From NCBI GenBank assembly GCA_050250855.1, contig JBFWNW010000004.1:96001-160000 (forward strand): a stretch of DNA of 64,000 nt, given 5' to 3'. The notes under the pieces were generated by a model. It was given only the letters and a program-made list of their open reading frames with translations, was not told where the DNA came from and ran no database searches. Below, one piece after another: positions 19,328 through 28,676 of this stretch. Position numbers and translations under genes: made by a program. Numbering within the stretch: position 1 is the first letter of the stretch; each line of letters begins with the position of its first letter. This stretch comes from Candidatus Babeliales bacterium (GTDB taxonomy: Bacteria > Babelota > Babeliae > Babelales > JACPOV01).

Positions 19328-21247
19328 GTGGCATCAAAACAATTTTTGTTGAATACTGTTCAACATATTCTTATTTTCATATTTTTTATCGCGTGTTTTT
19401 TTCTTGGATCATTTTTTTACATTATTCATTATCAACGTATAGATTTTTCAGCTTTAGAACATTATAATCCTGGAAAACCATCACTTGTGCTTGATGATGA
19501 AGGGCACGAATGGACACGTTTTGCGCTTGACCGTCGAGAGCCAATTAATTTACAAAAAGCACCACAGCATTTGCTTGATGCATTCATTGCAGCAGAGGAT
19601 CATTATTTTTGGTCCCATTATGGTATTTCTGTGCGCGGTATTTTCCGTTCATTACTTATAAATTGTTATCATGGCAGAATTGTGCAAGGTGCCAGTACCA
19701 TTACGCAGCAATTGGTCAAACTTCTTTTTTTTGATGCACGCAAAACATATGGTAGAAAATTAAAAGAGCAAATTTATGCGCTCTTGGTTGAGCTACAATT
19801 TAGCAAAGACCATATTTTGCAAACGTATATGAATCACGTTTATTTTGGTTGCGGTATTTATGGCGTGGAAGCAGCAGCGCAACGTTTTTGGGGAAAGTCT
19901 GCGTGTGAGCTTTCTATCGATCAAGCAGCTATGCTTGCAGCTATTGTAAAATCGCCTGGGCAGTATTGCCCTTTATTATATCCTTTGAGTGCGCGCAAGC
20001 GACGTGATGTTGTATTATCTTCTATGTACAGTTTGGGTTCAATTTCTTATGAGGATTATTTGCAAGCAAAAGAAGCGCCATTAGAACTTATTGAATATGG
20101 TGGCGATACAATAGCACCACACTTAAAAGAAACATTGCGTGTATTTTTAGAATCATTATGCGGCAGAGAGCAGTTATATACTGGCGGCCTTACTATACAA
20201 ACAACTATTAATAGATCATTGCAGCTGCATGCACAAGAAGTATTTAAGATGCAATTAGAGGAATTAAAAAAAACTATACATCCAGCTGTTGATGGTTCTT
20301 TGCTTTGTATGAAAACAAAAACAGGAGAAATAAAAGCTCTCATTGGCGGCTATGATTTTACGCAATCACAATTTAACCGAGCATTGCAAGCGAAACGACA
20401 GTTTGGTTCAATTTTTAAAACATTTGTCTATGCAGCAGCATTACAAGAAGGAAAACATTTTGCGCAAACAGCGCTTGATGAACCGATTGCTATTGGCAAT
20501 GATAATGTCTGGCAACCGCAAAATAATACGCGCCAGTATGAAGGGGAAATGACACTTGCGCGCGCATTATCCCACTCTAATAATATTATTACTATCAAAA
20601 CTTTATTGCAGATTGGTGTTGATAAAGTAGTTGCTCTGGCAAAAAAATTACGCTTATCAGGAGAAATTCTTTCGTATCCATCTTTAGCATTAGGATGTAT
20701 TGATGGTACACTCAAAGAAGCAGTAGGTATGTTTAATATTTTTGCTAATCATGGCATGTACGTTGAGCCTCATTATCTTTTGTGGGTTAAAGATTCTTTA
20801 GGAACAAAGATTTGGAAAAAGCGAGTTGATTCAGAAAGAATTTTAAGCAATTTTGTCACAAGTCAAGTTACCAAAGTATTGGCAATAGGAATGTCGCGTA
20901 TTAAGAATCGTTATGAAAATTCATGGATTGATGCTGAGGCAATTGGCAAAACGGGAACAACAAATGAATGCCGCACCAACTGGTTTTGTGGTTCTACGCC
21001 AGAATATACTACAGGCTTGTATATAGGAACTGATGATAATCGATCCATGGGTAAACATATTTATGCAGTGCGCACGGCATTTCCCATCTGGCTTAATTTG
21101 TATAGAAATATTTGCAATGGTACAAAAAATTTTACGTATGATCCGCAGCTTAAAGAAATCTTTATTGATAACAGAACCGGTAAACGTGTTGCTGCAAAAA
21201 ATAGTCCAAGAATTTTTCCTATTTTAATTCCTGAGGAGTTTGCTTAA
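19328..21247 (+). CDS. Class A penicillin-binding protein (PBP1A family)
   Basis: GT51 motifs EDHYF, GASTITQQ, RKLKE; transpeptidase motifs SIFK, SNN, KTGT. GTG 19328 preferred because ATG 19292 lies inside the terminator. Confidence 0.95.
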   Translation: MASKQFLLNTVQHILIFIFFIACFFLGSFFYIIHYQRIDFSALEHYNPGKPSLVLDDEGHEWTRFALDRREPINLQKAPQHLLDAFIAAEDHYFWSHYGISVRGIFRSLLINCYHGRIVQGASTITQQLVKLLFFDARKTYGRKLKEQIYALLVELQFSKDHILQTYMNHVYFGCGIYGVEAAAQRFWGKSACELSIDQAAMLAAIVKSPGQYCPLLYPLSARKRRDVVLSSMYSLGSISYEDYLQAKEAPLELIEYGGDTIAPHLKETLRVFLESLCGREQLYTGGLTIQTTINRSLQLHAQEVFKMQLEELKKTIHPAVDGSLLCMKTKTGEIKALIGGYDFTQSQFNRALQAKRQFGSIFKTFVYAAALQEGKHFAQTALDEPIAIGNDNVWQPQNNTRQYEGEMTLARALSHSNNIITIKTLLQIGVDKVVALAKKLRLSGEILSYPSLALGCIDGTLKEAVGMFNIFANHGMYVEPHYLLWVKDSLGTKIWKKRVDSERILSNFVTSQVTKVLAIGMSRIKNRYENSWIDAEAIGKTGTTNECRTNWFCGSTPEYTTGLYIGTDDNRSMGKHIYAVRTAFPIWLNLYRNICNGTKNFTYDPQLKEIFIDNRTGKRVAAKNSPRIFPILIPEEFA

Positions 21248-22310
21248 GGAGTTTTTGTATCGTTTCAAAAAAGAGATGCGGATTGTGCATGATTTCACGT
21301 TGATGCATCATATACATCAGTGCTGGAAATTCATGACAAAGAGCACGAGCATTATCAACTTGATGATCCGTTATTTTTGTTTCGAGCGGAATAATGAGAC
21401 ATGGCTTTTTGAAAAACAGTGCTTCAAAAAGTGTTCCTGCGCCTGCTCGGCAGATAATAATATCAGCAGCTTGATAAAAATGTTCAAGTGATGAGCTGAA
21501 GGTAAAAACGTATGCTGTTATATTTTTTTGAGCATAGAGTCCTTGCCATGGCGTTGCATCATTGCTTCCTGTCTGGTGAATAATTTGAATAGTAGTAGCA
21601 AGAGAGGTTTCATACTCAATCCATTGTTTTACAAGATTATTAAGGCTGACAGAGCCTTGAGAGCCTCCCAAAATAAATACAGTTTTTTTTGAATTACTTA
21701 AGTGCAATGCTGTACGAGCTTTATTTTGATCTTTTGTTAGTGATTCATGAAACTGCAGAGGATAAGAACGGTATTGTACTTTATCTATAGGAAATGATGC
21801 TAAAGCTTTTTTAAAGGGAACAAAAATAGTTTTAGCCAAAGGTGCTAACATGCGTGTTGCTTTTCCCGGCAGTGCATTTAACTCATAGAGGGTGATGGGA
21901 ATGCGCAATAATTTTGCTGCAATGCAAACAGGAAGTGAAACATAGCCGCCCGTACTTATTACTTCAGACGGTCTGTATTTATGTAAAAGAGAAAGACTTT
22001 TTATGATGCACCATGCTAAACGAATGCAATAGCCAGGAACTCCAAAAAGAGAACGAGGAACATTCTCCAACTGTAATGGAATGTGTACGGTGACTTCATT
22101 ATTTTCTTGAATAATCTTTTTATCAAGTTCATAATGTGTTGAAAAAAAGAGTATAGTGCTTTCTGGATACGTTTCTTTGTACTCTTTTGCCAGCGTGAGA
22201 GCTGGCTTTATATGGCCACCAGATCTTCCGGCAACAAAGCAAATACTATTGTTTCCATGTACGCATGAGGCTGATACATTTTTCTTTTTGTTGTTCATTG
22301 CAGTTTCCAT
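21219..22310 (-). CDS. murG: Undecaprenyl-PP-MurNAc-pentapeptide GlcNAc transferase MurG (start uncertain)
   Basis: GRSGGH, TGGYVS, ELNALPG, GGSQG, RAGAGT and HQVDNA. Confidence 0.93.
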   Translation of the reverse strand: METAMNNKKKNVSASCVHGNNSICFVAGRSGGHIKPALTLAKEYKETYPESTILFFSTHYELDKKIIQENNEVTVHIPLQLENVPRSLFGVPGYCIRLAWCIIKSLSLLHKYRPSEVISTGGYVSLPVCIAAKLLRIPITLYELNALPGKATRMLAPLAKTIFVPFKKALASFPIDKVQYRSYPLQFHESLTKDQNKARTALHLSNSKKTVFILGGSQGSVSLNNLVKQWIEYETSLATTIQIIHQTGSNDATPWQGLYAQKNITAYVFTFSSSLEHFYQAADIIICRAGAGTLFEALFFKKPCLIIPLETKITDHQVDNARALCHEFPALMYMMHQREIMHNPHLFFETIQKLLKQTPQELK

Positions 22311-23886
22311 TTAACGCTTTTTGTAAAGTATTTGTTGCCAGATTTTTTTTGCCTTGCGCAAAAAGAGCTTTAGCACAATGTTTTTGTATATGAAAATCAT
22401 GCGGTGCTTTTTGCGCTAGCCAGGTAAGAAGTGTTGCTGCTTGGTGTAATTTACCTTGTTTGTACCAGATTATTGCCTGGGTATCTAGGTAATGTACATT
22501 ATCTTTATTATTTGCTAATGCTTGTTCTATAAGTTTTTGAGCTTTATCAAACTGCTTTTCTTTGCTTGCATAAAAGTATGCAGCCAAGTTTAATAAAGGA
22601 GCAAAATTTGCTTTAAGCGCTAGAGCATAATCTAAAATTTGTTTAAGGGCTGTATAATCCTTCGTGTCAAAATAAATTGATGCTAATTGATAAGCGATTT
22701 TTGTTTTTAATGCAACATCACGTGCCAATGAAAGACCTTTTTTAAGAGATTTCGTAGCTTTATCAAGTGATTTGTCTTTTAAATACATATCGGTGACATA
22801 GAGGTTTGCAAGCAAAGAAGTGCCACTTTTTTGCTCAAGACGCTCAAATAGAGCAATTATAGTTTCCCTTTCAACGTGTGCTTGATATAAAAGATGAGCT
22901 GCGCGGTACCATAATAGTTCTTTAGGCTCTTTGGTGATCCATTGCTCAAGTAAAGCAATTGCTTCGTTTGGTTGTGCAAGTGCACAGAGTAGTTCAATTT
23001 TTAAAAGCCGTGCCTGTTTATAGGTTGGATTTATTGCAAGGCATTTTTCTATTCTATGGAGAGCAAGAGAATACTGACGTTGGTGATACAGTACTAATGA
23101 TTCTTCAAAAAGTTTTTTGAGCTGTTCTTGTTGGCCTCCGGCTTGTTTTTGTCTGATGGTAAGATTGAGAAGTTGTTGTTCTATAGCACTATCGTGCCCA
23201 ACGATATGTAAGAAATTACGATAGCCAGCAATGGCTTGTTCAAGATTTCCTTCTAATTCATATAAAAGACCAGACAAAAGCCATCCTTGATCAAAAGATG
23301 GATTAAGTGTTAAGCATTTACTTAAACATTGGCGTGAAAGTTCAATATTATTATTTTGAGCAGCGATTTGTGCTTTTAAATAATAAAAAATAAAGTGAGT
23401 TGGTTTTTCAATCGTGCTTTTTAAATAGTGATCTATAACTTCAACAGCTTGATCTGATTTTTTATTACGCATGTGCGCAAGCGTTGCTCCATAGACAACT
23501 TCTGGGTGCGTGTTAAAACTATCAAGTAAGGCTATTATTTTTTGTTCAGCTTCTTTATGCTTGCCAACTAATTCAAGTGCTTTTACAAAAATGAGCTGAA
23601 TTTCCAAATTATCTTTCAGCTGTGTATCAACTTTATGAATCAGGTCAGCGATTTTTTTATATTGTTTTGATAAAAAAAGATAATCAATATAGCCAGGGTA
23701 TACATGAGCTGGTGCATTATCTGTTATAAGGGTATCAAAACATTTTTTGCTTATAGTATGATTTTTTTCATGCACATTATAACTGCCCCATATATACAGT
23801 AAATAAGGATTTAATGAAACGTCATCTTTTTCTAATGCTAACAATGAGACTGGTGCAAGAACAGACAATAACCATATATGCTTCAT
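22246..23886 (-). CDS. Exported tetratricopeptide-repeat protein
   Basis: Signal peptide, helical TPR patterns, LNLAAY...YLDT C-terminal motif. Confidence 0.85.
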   Translation of the reverse strand: MKHIWLLSVLAPVSLLALEKDDVSLNPYLLYIWGSYNVHEKNHTISKKCFDTLITDNAPAHVYPGYIDYLFLSKQYKKIADLIHKVDTQLKDNLEIQLIFVKALELVGKHKEAEQKIIALLDSFNTHPEVVYGATLAHMRNKKSDQAVEVIDHYLKSTIEKPTHFIFYYLKAQIAAQNNNIELSRQCLSKCLTLNPSFDQGWLLSGLLYELEGNLEQAIAGYRNFLHIVGHDSAIEQQLLNLTIRQKQAGGQQEQLKKLFEESLVLYHQRQYSLALHRIEKCLAINPTYKQARLLKIELLCALAQPNEAIALLEQWITKEPKELLWYRAAHLLYQAHVERETIIALFERLEQKSGTSLLANLYVTDMYLKDKSLDKATKSLKKGLSLARDVALKTKIAYQLASIYFDTKDYTALKQILDYALALKANFAPLLNLAAYFYASKEKQFDKAQKLIEQALANNKDNVHYLDTQAIIWYKQGKLHQAATLLTWLAQKAPHDFHIQKHCAKALFAQGKKNLATNTLQKALNGNCNEQQKEKCISLMRTWKQ

Positions 23887-24320
23887 TCTTTCTCCTGGTA
23901 ACAACGAATAAGAAACTTTTTAAGAACATCTCTTAAATGTTCATCTTTGATGTTAGCCAAAGCATCATTCTCTTGCTGCGTTAATAGTATTTTTGTTTCA
24001 GGATTTACTTTTTGAGAAAATTCTTTGCCAGTTTCTTTATTTTTTTTTCTACCTACTTGTTTAAAGCGTAAACGTTTTATGCGTGGTTGGTCTAGATTTG
24101 CGTTAATTGTTTGAAGAATTACAGGAGTTAATAGGTATAATTCTTGCATCCAACTAGAATCATATACGCCTAAAACAAGCATATCATCTTCTATTTTTTC
24201 TAAGGTAACTCGCTCGCGCAACGTGCCAATAATAGTAGGCCATTGTTGAAGCAAGAGAGCTTTCCAATTTTTTTGTTCGGCAATGTATGAGGTGAGGAAT
24301 TCTTTTATTAAATGTGGCAT
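23883..24320 (-). CDS. dciA: DUF721/DciA family helicase loader
   Basis: WPTIIG, LVLGV-DSSWMQEL and IKRLRF. ATG 24320 preferred. Confidence 0.75.
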   Translation of the reverse strand: MPHLIKEFLTSYIAEQKNWKALLLQQWPTIIGTLRERVTLEKIEDDMLVLGVYDSSWMQELYLLTPVILQTINANLDQPRIKRLRFKQVGRKKNKETGKEFSQKVNPETKILLTQQENDALANIKDEHLRDVLKKFLIRCYQEKE

Positions 24321-24462
24321 AGTATAAGTGTAAACGGTGCCAAAAAAAGCTTCAATGAAAATGTTTTTTAAAAGCAAAATTTTTGACATTTTATATAATT
24401 GTCAGTATATCTAAACATGATTTTTTTTAACTATAATCCTATAATTCCCAAGGGGGCATTTT

Positions 24463-24774
24463 ATGAAAAAAATATTTTTTTCCTTATTATGTTTGAGTGC
24501 AACGGGGTTGTATGCAACCGTTCCTGATCAAACAGGTATAGAAGATGAACAAAAAGGAAAAGAGAATAAAGAACATAGTAGTAGAGAAGTTATAGGTATT
24601 ACCATTGTTACTAATAACCAAGAAAGTGATCCGGTGTATACGTATTATTTATGGCCGGGAAGCAGCAGTCCTATAGAGTATTATACTGTGGGTATTCAGG
24701 TAAATAATTCTAGTAATAGCTCTCCAAACTCTATGACGGGAAGTTTTACTGAATTTCCATCATCAAGTAAATAA
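24463..24774 (+). CDS. Small exported hypothetical protein with Ser-rich C-terminus
   Basis: MKK signal peptide (LYA-T). Confidence 0.65.
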   Translation: MKKIFFSLLCLSATGLYATVPDQTGIEDEQKGKENKEHSSREVIGITIVTNNQESDPVYTYYLWPGSSSPIEYYTVGIQVNNSSNSSPNSMTGSFTEFPSSSK

Positions 24775-24789
24775 GAATTAAATGGTGAG

Positions 24790-25236
24790 ATGGTAATGAA
24801 AGATTTTGAACAACTGCCACATACTGCTGATTTAAAAATTAGAGTGTACGGTTCTTCATTACAAGAGCTCTTTAAGCATGCACTAATTGGTATGTTTCAA
24901 AGCATAGGGCCGCAATCCTCAGCATGTGTTCGTAAAGATGATCGCTTAGTGTGTCAAGAACTTCCTGTGCATCATGAAGTTGCTATCAAAGCATCAACCA
25001 AAGAATCACTTTTGGTCGATTTTTTATCAGAAGCATTATATCTTTCTGATGTGCATAATGAAGCATATTTGGATGTTGCTATTACTGATTTTAATGAACA
25101 TCATATTAAAGCTACTTTGTATGGTATCAAAATTGATCGCTTTGATGTTGTTGAAATAAAAGCAGTAACGTATCATGATCTAGAAATAAAACATCACGAT
25201 ACTCAGTGGCAGGCTGATATTGTGTTTGATATTTAA
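24790..25236 (+). CDS. Archease (RtcB activator)
   Basis: HTAD near the N-terminus, EIKAVTYH, terminal FDI. Directly upstream of rtcB. Confidence 0.93.
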   Translation: MVMKDFEQLPHTADLKIRVYGSSLQELFKHALIGMFQSIGPQSSACVRKDDRLVCQELPVHHEVAIKASTKESLLVDFLSEALYLSDVHNEAYLDVAITDFNEHHIKATLYGIKIDRFDVVEIKAVTYHDLEIKHHDTQWQADIVFDI

Positions 25237-25245
25237 GGAGAGTGC

Positions 25246-26703
25246 ATGGCTCAAGAAATTACCCGTAAAGATCTTATTAAAATTGATGATGTTACGTACG
25301 AAATTCCAAAAACATTTCGTTCTGATATGCGTGTTCCTGCGCGTGTATTTGTCAATGAAGAAATGCTTGAGGATGTATTGCAAGATAGATCTTTGCTTCA
25401 ACTTGTTAATGTAGCAACATTGCCGGGCATAGCGCATTATGCGTTTGCAATGCCAGATATTCACCAAGGATATGGATTTCCTATAGGTGGCGTTGCTGCC
25501 TTAGTGTTGGAAGATGGTGGCGTTATTTCTCCTGGTGGTATTGGCTACGATATTAATTGTGGTGTTCGTTTATTGGTTGCTAATATAACAAAAGATGAAA
25601 TACAACCTTATCTTGAGCGTTTGGCAACGGATCTTTTTCATGCAGTTCCTTCTGGCGTTGGTAGAGGTGGTTCATTAAAACTTTCTATGGCAGATCTTGA
25701 TAAAGTTTTGCGTGGTGGTGCTCGCAGAATGCTTGAGCTTGGTCATGGTTCTGAACGAGATTTAGAATTTTGTGAAGAGAGTGGGCACATGGCAGGAGCA
25801 GATCCTGATGCTGTTTCTGAACGCGCAAAAAAGCGTGGTATTGATCAATTAGGAACACTTGGTTCAGGAAATCATTTTCTTGAAGTGCAAGCCGTTGAGG
25901 AAATTTATGATAAAGAAGCGGCACAAGTTTTTGGCCTTACTGAAGGTGCTATAACCGTTATGATTCATTGTGGATCACGAGGCTTGGGTCACCAAGTATG
26001 TACTGATTATGTACGTGAAATGATGCCAATGCTGGAGCAATTTAATATAGCATTACCTGACAAAGAACTTGTCTGTGCGCCATTTAAATCTGATGTTGCA
26101 CAAAACTATTTTGCCGCAATGCAAGCTGCTGCTAATTTTGCATGGGCAAACAGGCATATGATTATGTGCTGGGTGCGGCAAGCGTGGCAAAAAGTATTAG
26201 GAAAAGACGCCCATTTAAATTTGGTGTACGATCTTTCTCATAATATGGGAAAAGTTGAAAAACATCGCGTTAATGGTAATGAAAAAGCTGTTATCATACA
26301 TCGCAAAGGAGCAACCCGTTCTTTTGGGCCTGGTAGTGCTGAAATTCCTTCTTTGTATCGTAACGTTGGCCAACCGGTATTAATTCCCGGTACTATGGGA
26401 ACAAGTTCATATGTGCTTGCTGGCATGCAAGAAAGTATGGGAATTTCCTTTGGCAGTTGTTGTCATGGAGCAGGGCGTAAATTATCGCGTGCGCAAGCAA
26501 AAAGAGAAGTGCGCGGTTCTCAACTGCGCGAAGTTTTACAACAACGGGGTATTATTATCCGCAGTGATTCAGATCCTGGTTTGGCAGAAGAGGCTCCGAT
26601 GGCCTACAAAGATGTTGACAGTGTAGTGCGTGTCGTTGAAAAGGCTCATATTGCAAAACGCGTTGCACGCGTAGTGCCATTAGCGGTTATTAAAGGGGGC
26701 TAG
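25246..26703 (+). CDS. rtcB: RNA ligase RtcB
   Basis: MPDIHQGYGFPIGG, GYDINCG, GNHF, HCGSRG, HN, HRKGA and HGAG. Confidence 0.98.
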   Translation: MAQEITRKDLIKIDDVTYEIPKTFRSDMRVPARVFVNEEMLEDVLQDRSLLQLVNVATLPGIAHYAFAMPDIHQGYGFPIGGVAALVLEDGGVISPGGIGYDINCGVRLLVANITKDEIQPYLERLATDLFHAVPSGVGRGGSLKLSMADLDKVLRGGARRMLELGHGSERDLEFCEESGHMAGADPDAVSERAKKRGIDQLGTLGSGNHFLEVQAVEEIYDKEAAQVFGLTEGAITVMIHCGSRGLGHQVCTDYVREMMPMLEQFNIALPDKELVCAPFKSDVAQNYFAAMQAAANFAWANRHMIMCWVRQAWQKVLGKDAHLNLVYDLSHNMGKVEKHRVNGNEKAVIIHRKGATRSFGPGSAEIPSLYRNVGQPVLIPGTMGTSSYVLAGMQESMGISFGSCCHGAGRKLSRAQAKREVRGSQLREVLQQRGIIIRSDSDPGLAEEAPMAYKDVDSVVRVVEKAHIAKRVARVVPLAVIKGG

Positions 26704-26742
26704 TAGTAATAAGCACTTTAATTTTACCAACAGGAGTTTTCT

Positions 26743-27216
26743 ATGCTTAAAAAAGTGTTTGTCGTTTTGTTATTTAGTAGTTCATTTTTGTATAGCAGTG
26801 ATACTGAAAATAAAGAGGGATGTAAGATAATAGGTATGCCATGGCAACAAGATTATAGAGCAACCCTTAATTCTTTGAAGTCAGAGGCAGACTATCATTC
26901 TTTCAATATAGTTGGACTAGATCAAGAAAAATTTAAATTTTTAAAAAAGTTATATACAGTTGATACGACAAACTTTTTAATTAAACCTACCAAGTTTGAG
27001 AAAGATAGCTTTTCATCTCTTGAAGAAAAAAATGGCACAACCTGGCAAGCAACGAATGATTTTATAAAAATATTGTTGCTCATGGGAGTATTCATTAAAA
27101 GCCATGGCGATGATCCAAGTATCTTGCAAAAAGGTAATGGCATTCTTTTGACAGCGATTGAATTTCTTGAAAAGGAAACAAAAACTGCTCAAGAGTTATC
27201 GCTGCATAAAGAGTAA
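26743..27216 (+). CDS. Exported hypothetical protein
   Basis: AGGAG RBS and signal peptide. Confidence 0.7.
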   Translation: MLKKVFVVLLFSSSFLYSSDTENKEGCKIIGMPWQQDYRATLNSLKSEADYHSFNIVGLDQEKFKFLKKLYTVDTTNFLIKPTKFEKDSFSSLEEKNGTTWQATNDFIKILLLMGVFIKSHGDDPSILQKGNGILLTAIEFLEKETKTAQELSLHKE

Positions 27217-27954
27217 ATAAAGGTTTTTCCAAAATAATTTACTACTACCAGGCATAGGAGGTTTTTCTAAACTTCTTTGCAAAAGAGCGATAATTTCCTG
27301 TGCTTTCATTTGTTGCTTTTGATTGGTATGCTCTTGCGCGTAAACAGTTTCCCAATGTTGTAAAAGAATATCAAGAAGCTCTAGCGTTTCTCGTTCTGAA
27401 ATATTTTTCTGCTCAAGAGCTTGCTGATAGGTTGACGCATCAGGCAGTGAGAGGTTTTTAAACCAATGTACTATTTCATGGTGAATTAGATTATCTGCTT
27501 TAAAAGTTTCAATTTGCTGTATAATGCAGCGAGATTTAATAGTAGGAACAATATATTCACTGCGTTCTGCAAGTAAGATAAAGTGATATCCCTTTGGGGG
27601 TTCTTCCATAATTTTTAATAAAGCATTGGCACAGGACTGATTGAAAAAGTCTGCTTTTTGTATAACAAAAACAAAATGCTTATCCTGCTCAAGAGCAAAT
27701 GATGCTGTTTTAAAAATAGGCTCGAGCTGCTCAAGGGTATAATTTTTTTCAGGGTTTACCCAGAGCATGTAAGGAAATTGACGTTCTAGTATTTGTTTGC
27801 ATACAAAACACGAGCCACAACCTTTTTGAGCACAAAAAAGTTTTTGCAGATACCGTTCTGTATGTTCCACTATGACATTTTCTGGCCCGAGCCAGAGATG
27901 CGCAGGGTTATAAAAAAAATCTTTTAAGCGATCAGATTGTTGGTTTTTATCCAT
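27196..27954 (-). CDS. holB: DNA polymerase III delta-prime subunit
   Basis: Cys cluster CAQKGCGSCFVC, ANALLKIMEEPP and PTIKSRC. Follows tmk. Confidence 0.9.
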   Translation of the reverse strand: MDKNQQSDRLKDFFYNPAHLWLGPENVIVEHTERYLQKLFCAQKGCGSCFVCKQILERQFPYMLWVNPEKNYTLEQLEPIFKTASFALEQDKHFVFVIQKADFFNQSCANALLKIMEEPPKGYHFILLAERSEYIVPTIKSRCIIQQIETFKADNLIHHEIVHWFKNLSLPDASTYQQALEQKNISERETLELLDILLQHWETVYAQEHTNQKQQMKAQEIIALLQRSLEKPPMPGSSKLFWKNLYLLFMQR

Positions 27955-28565
27955 GAAAGTACTTTGTTATAGGCTTGTTTGGCAATATCTTCTGGTGTTA
28001 ATGTTCCATCAAGAATTATAACATCTTGGCGATTATTATAAAGATCTTCAAAGCCATTAATGAGTTTATTAAAAAATTCTAAAGGTTCTTGATCAAAGGC
28101 GCTTAATTTTCCACGTGCATGTAATCTTTTTTGTGCTGTTTGCGCATCAATTTTAACGTAGAGTGTTAAATCTGGTTTTATACCATCCATGGCCCAATTA
28201 TTAACTGTTTTTAGCGTTGCATTATCAAGGCCTCGTCCGTATCCTTGGTACACAAGCGAAGAATCTGCCATGCGATCAGAAATAATTAAACTACGTTCTT
28301 TTTGTGCTGGTTTAATAACTTCAGTAAAATGTTGCGCTCGGTCAGCAGCAAATAATAAAAATTCTGCCTTGGGATCTATAGGGACTGTTTTTTCTTGCAA
28401 AACTTTTCTGATATGTTTGCCAAGATGAGAGCCACCTGGTTCTTTGGTAAGGAGTACGGGGCTCAAGAGCTCGGTAAAATGAGTATACAGATTTTGAGCC
28501 AAGACTGTTTTGCCAGAACCATCAATGCCTTCTAAAACAATCAAGACACTTTTTGTAAGGAGCAT
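27924..28565 (-). CDS. tmk: Thymidylate kinase
   Basis: EGIDGSGKT, KEPGG, LFAADRAQH, DR and YQGYGRG. Confidence 0.97.
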   Translation of the reverse strand: MLLTKSVLIVLEGIDGSGKTVLAQNLYTHFTELLSPVLLTKEPGGSHLGKHIRKVLQEKTVPIDPKAEFLLFAADRAQHFTEVIKPAQKERSLIISDRMADSSLVYQGYGRGLDNATLKTVNNWAMDGIKPDLTLYVKIDAQTAQKRLHARGKLSAFDQEPLEFFNKLINGFEDLYNNRQDVIILDGTLTPEDIAKQAYNKVLSWIKTNNLIA

Positions 28566-28676
28566 AACGATCCTATGAATAGTTTTTAGCAGTTTACTGC
28601 AGTTTATTGATTAATTAGTTAAAAACGTTATGGTAAAGTATACCAAAAAAGTGAATATATGCACAGGAGTCTCTCT

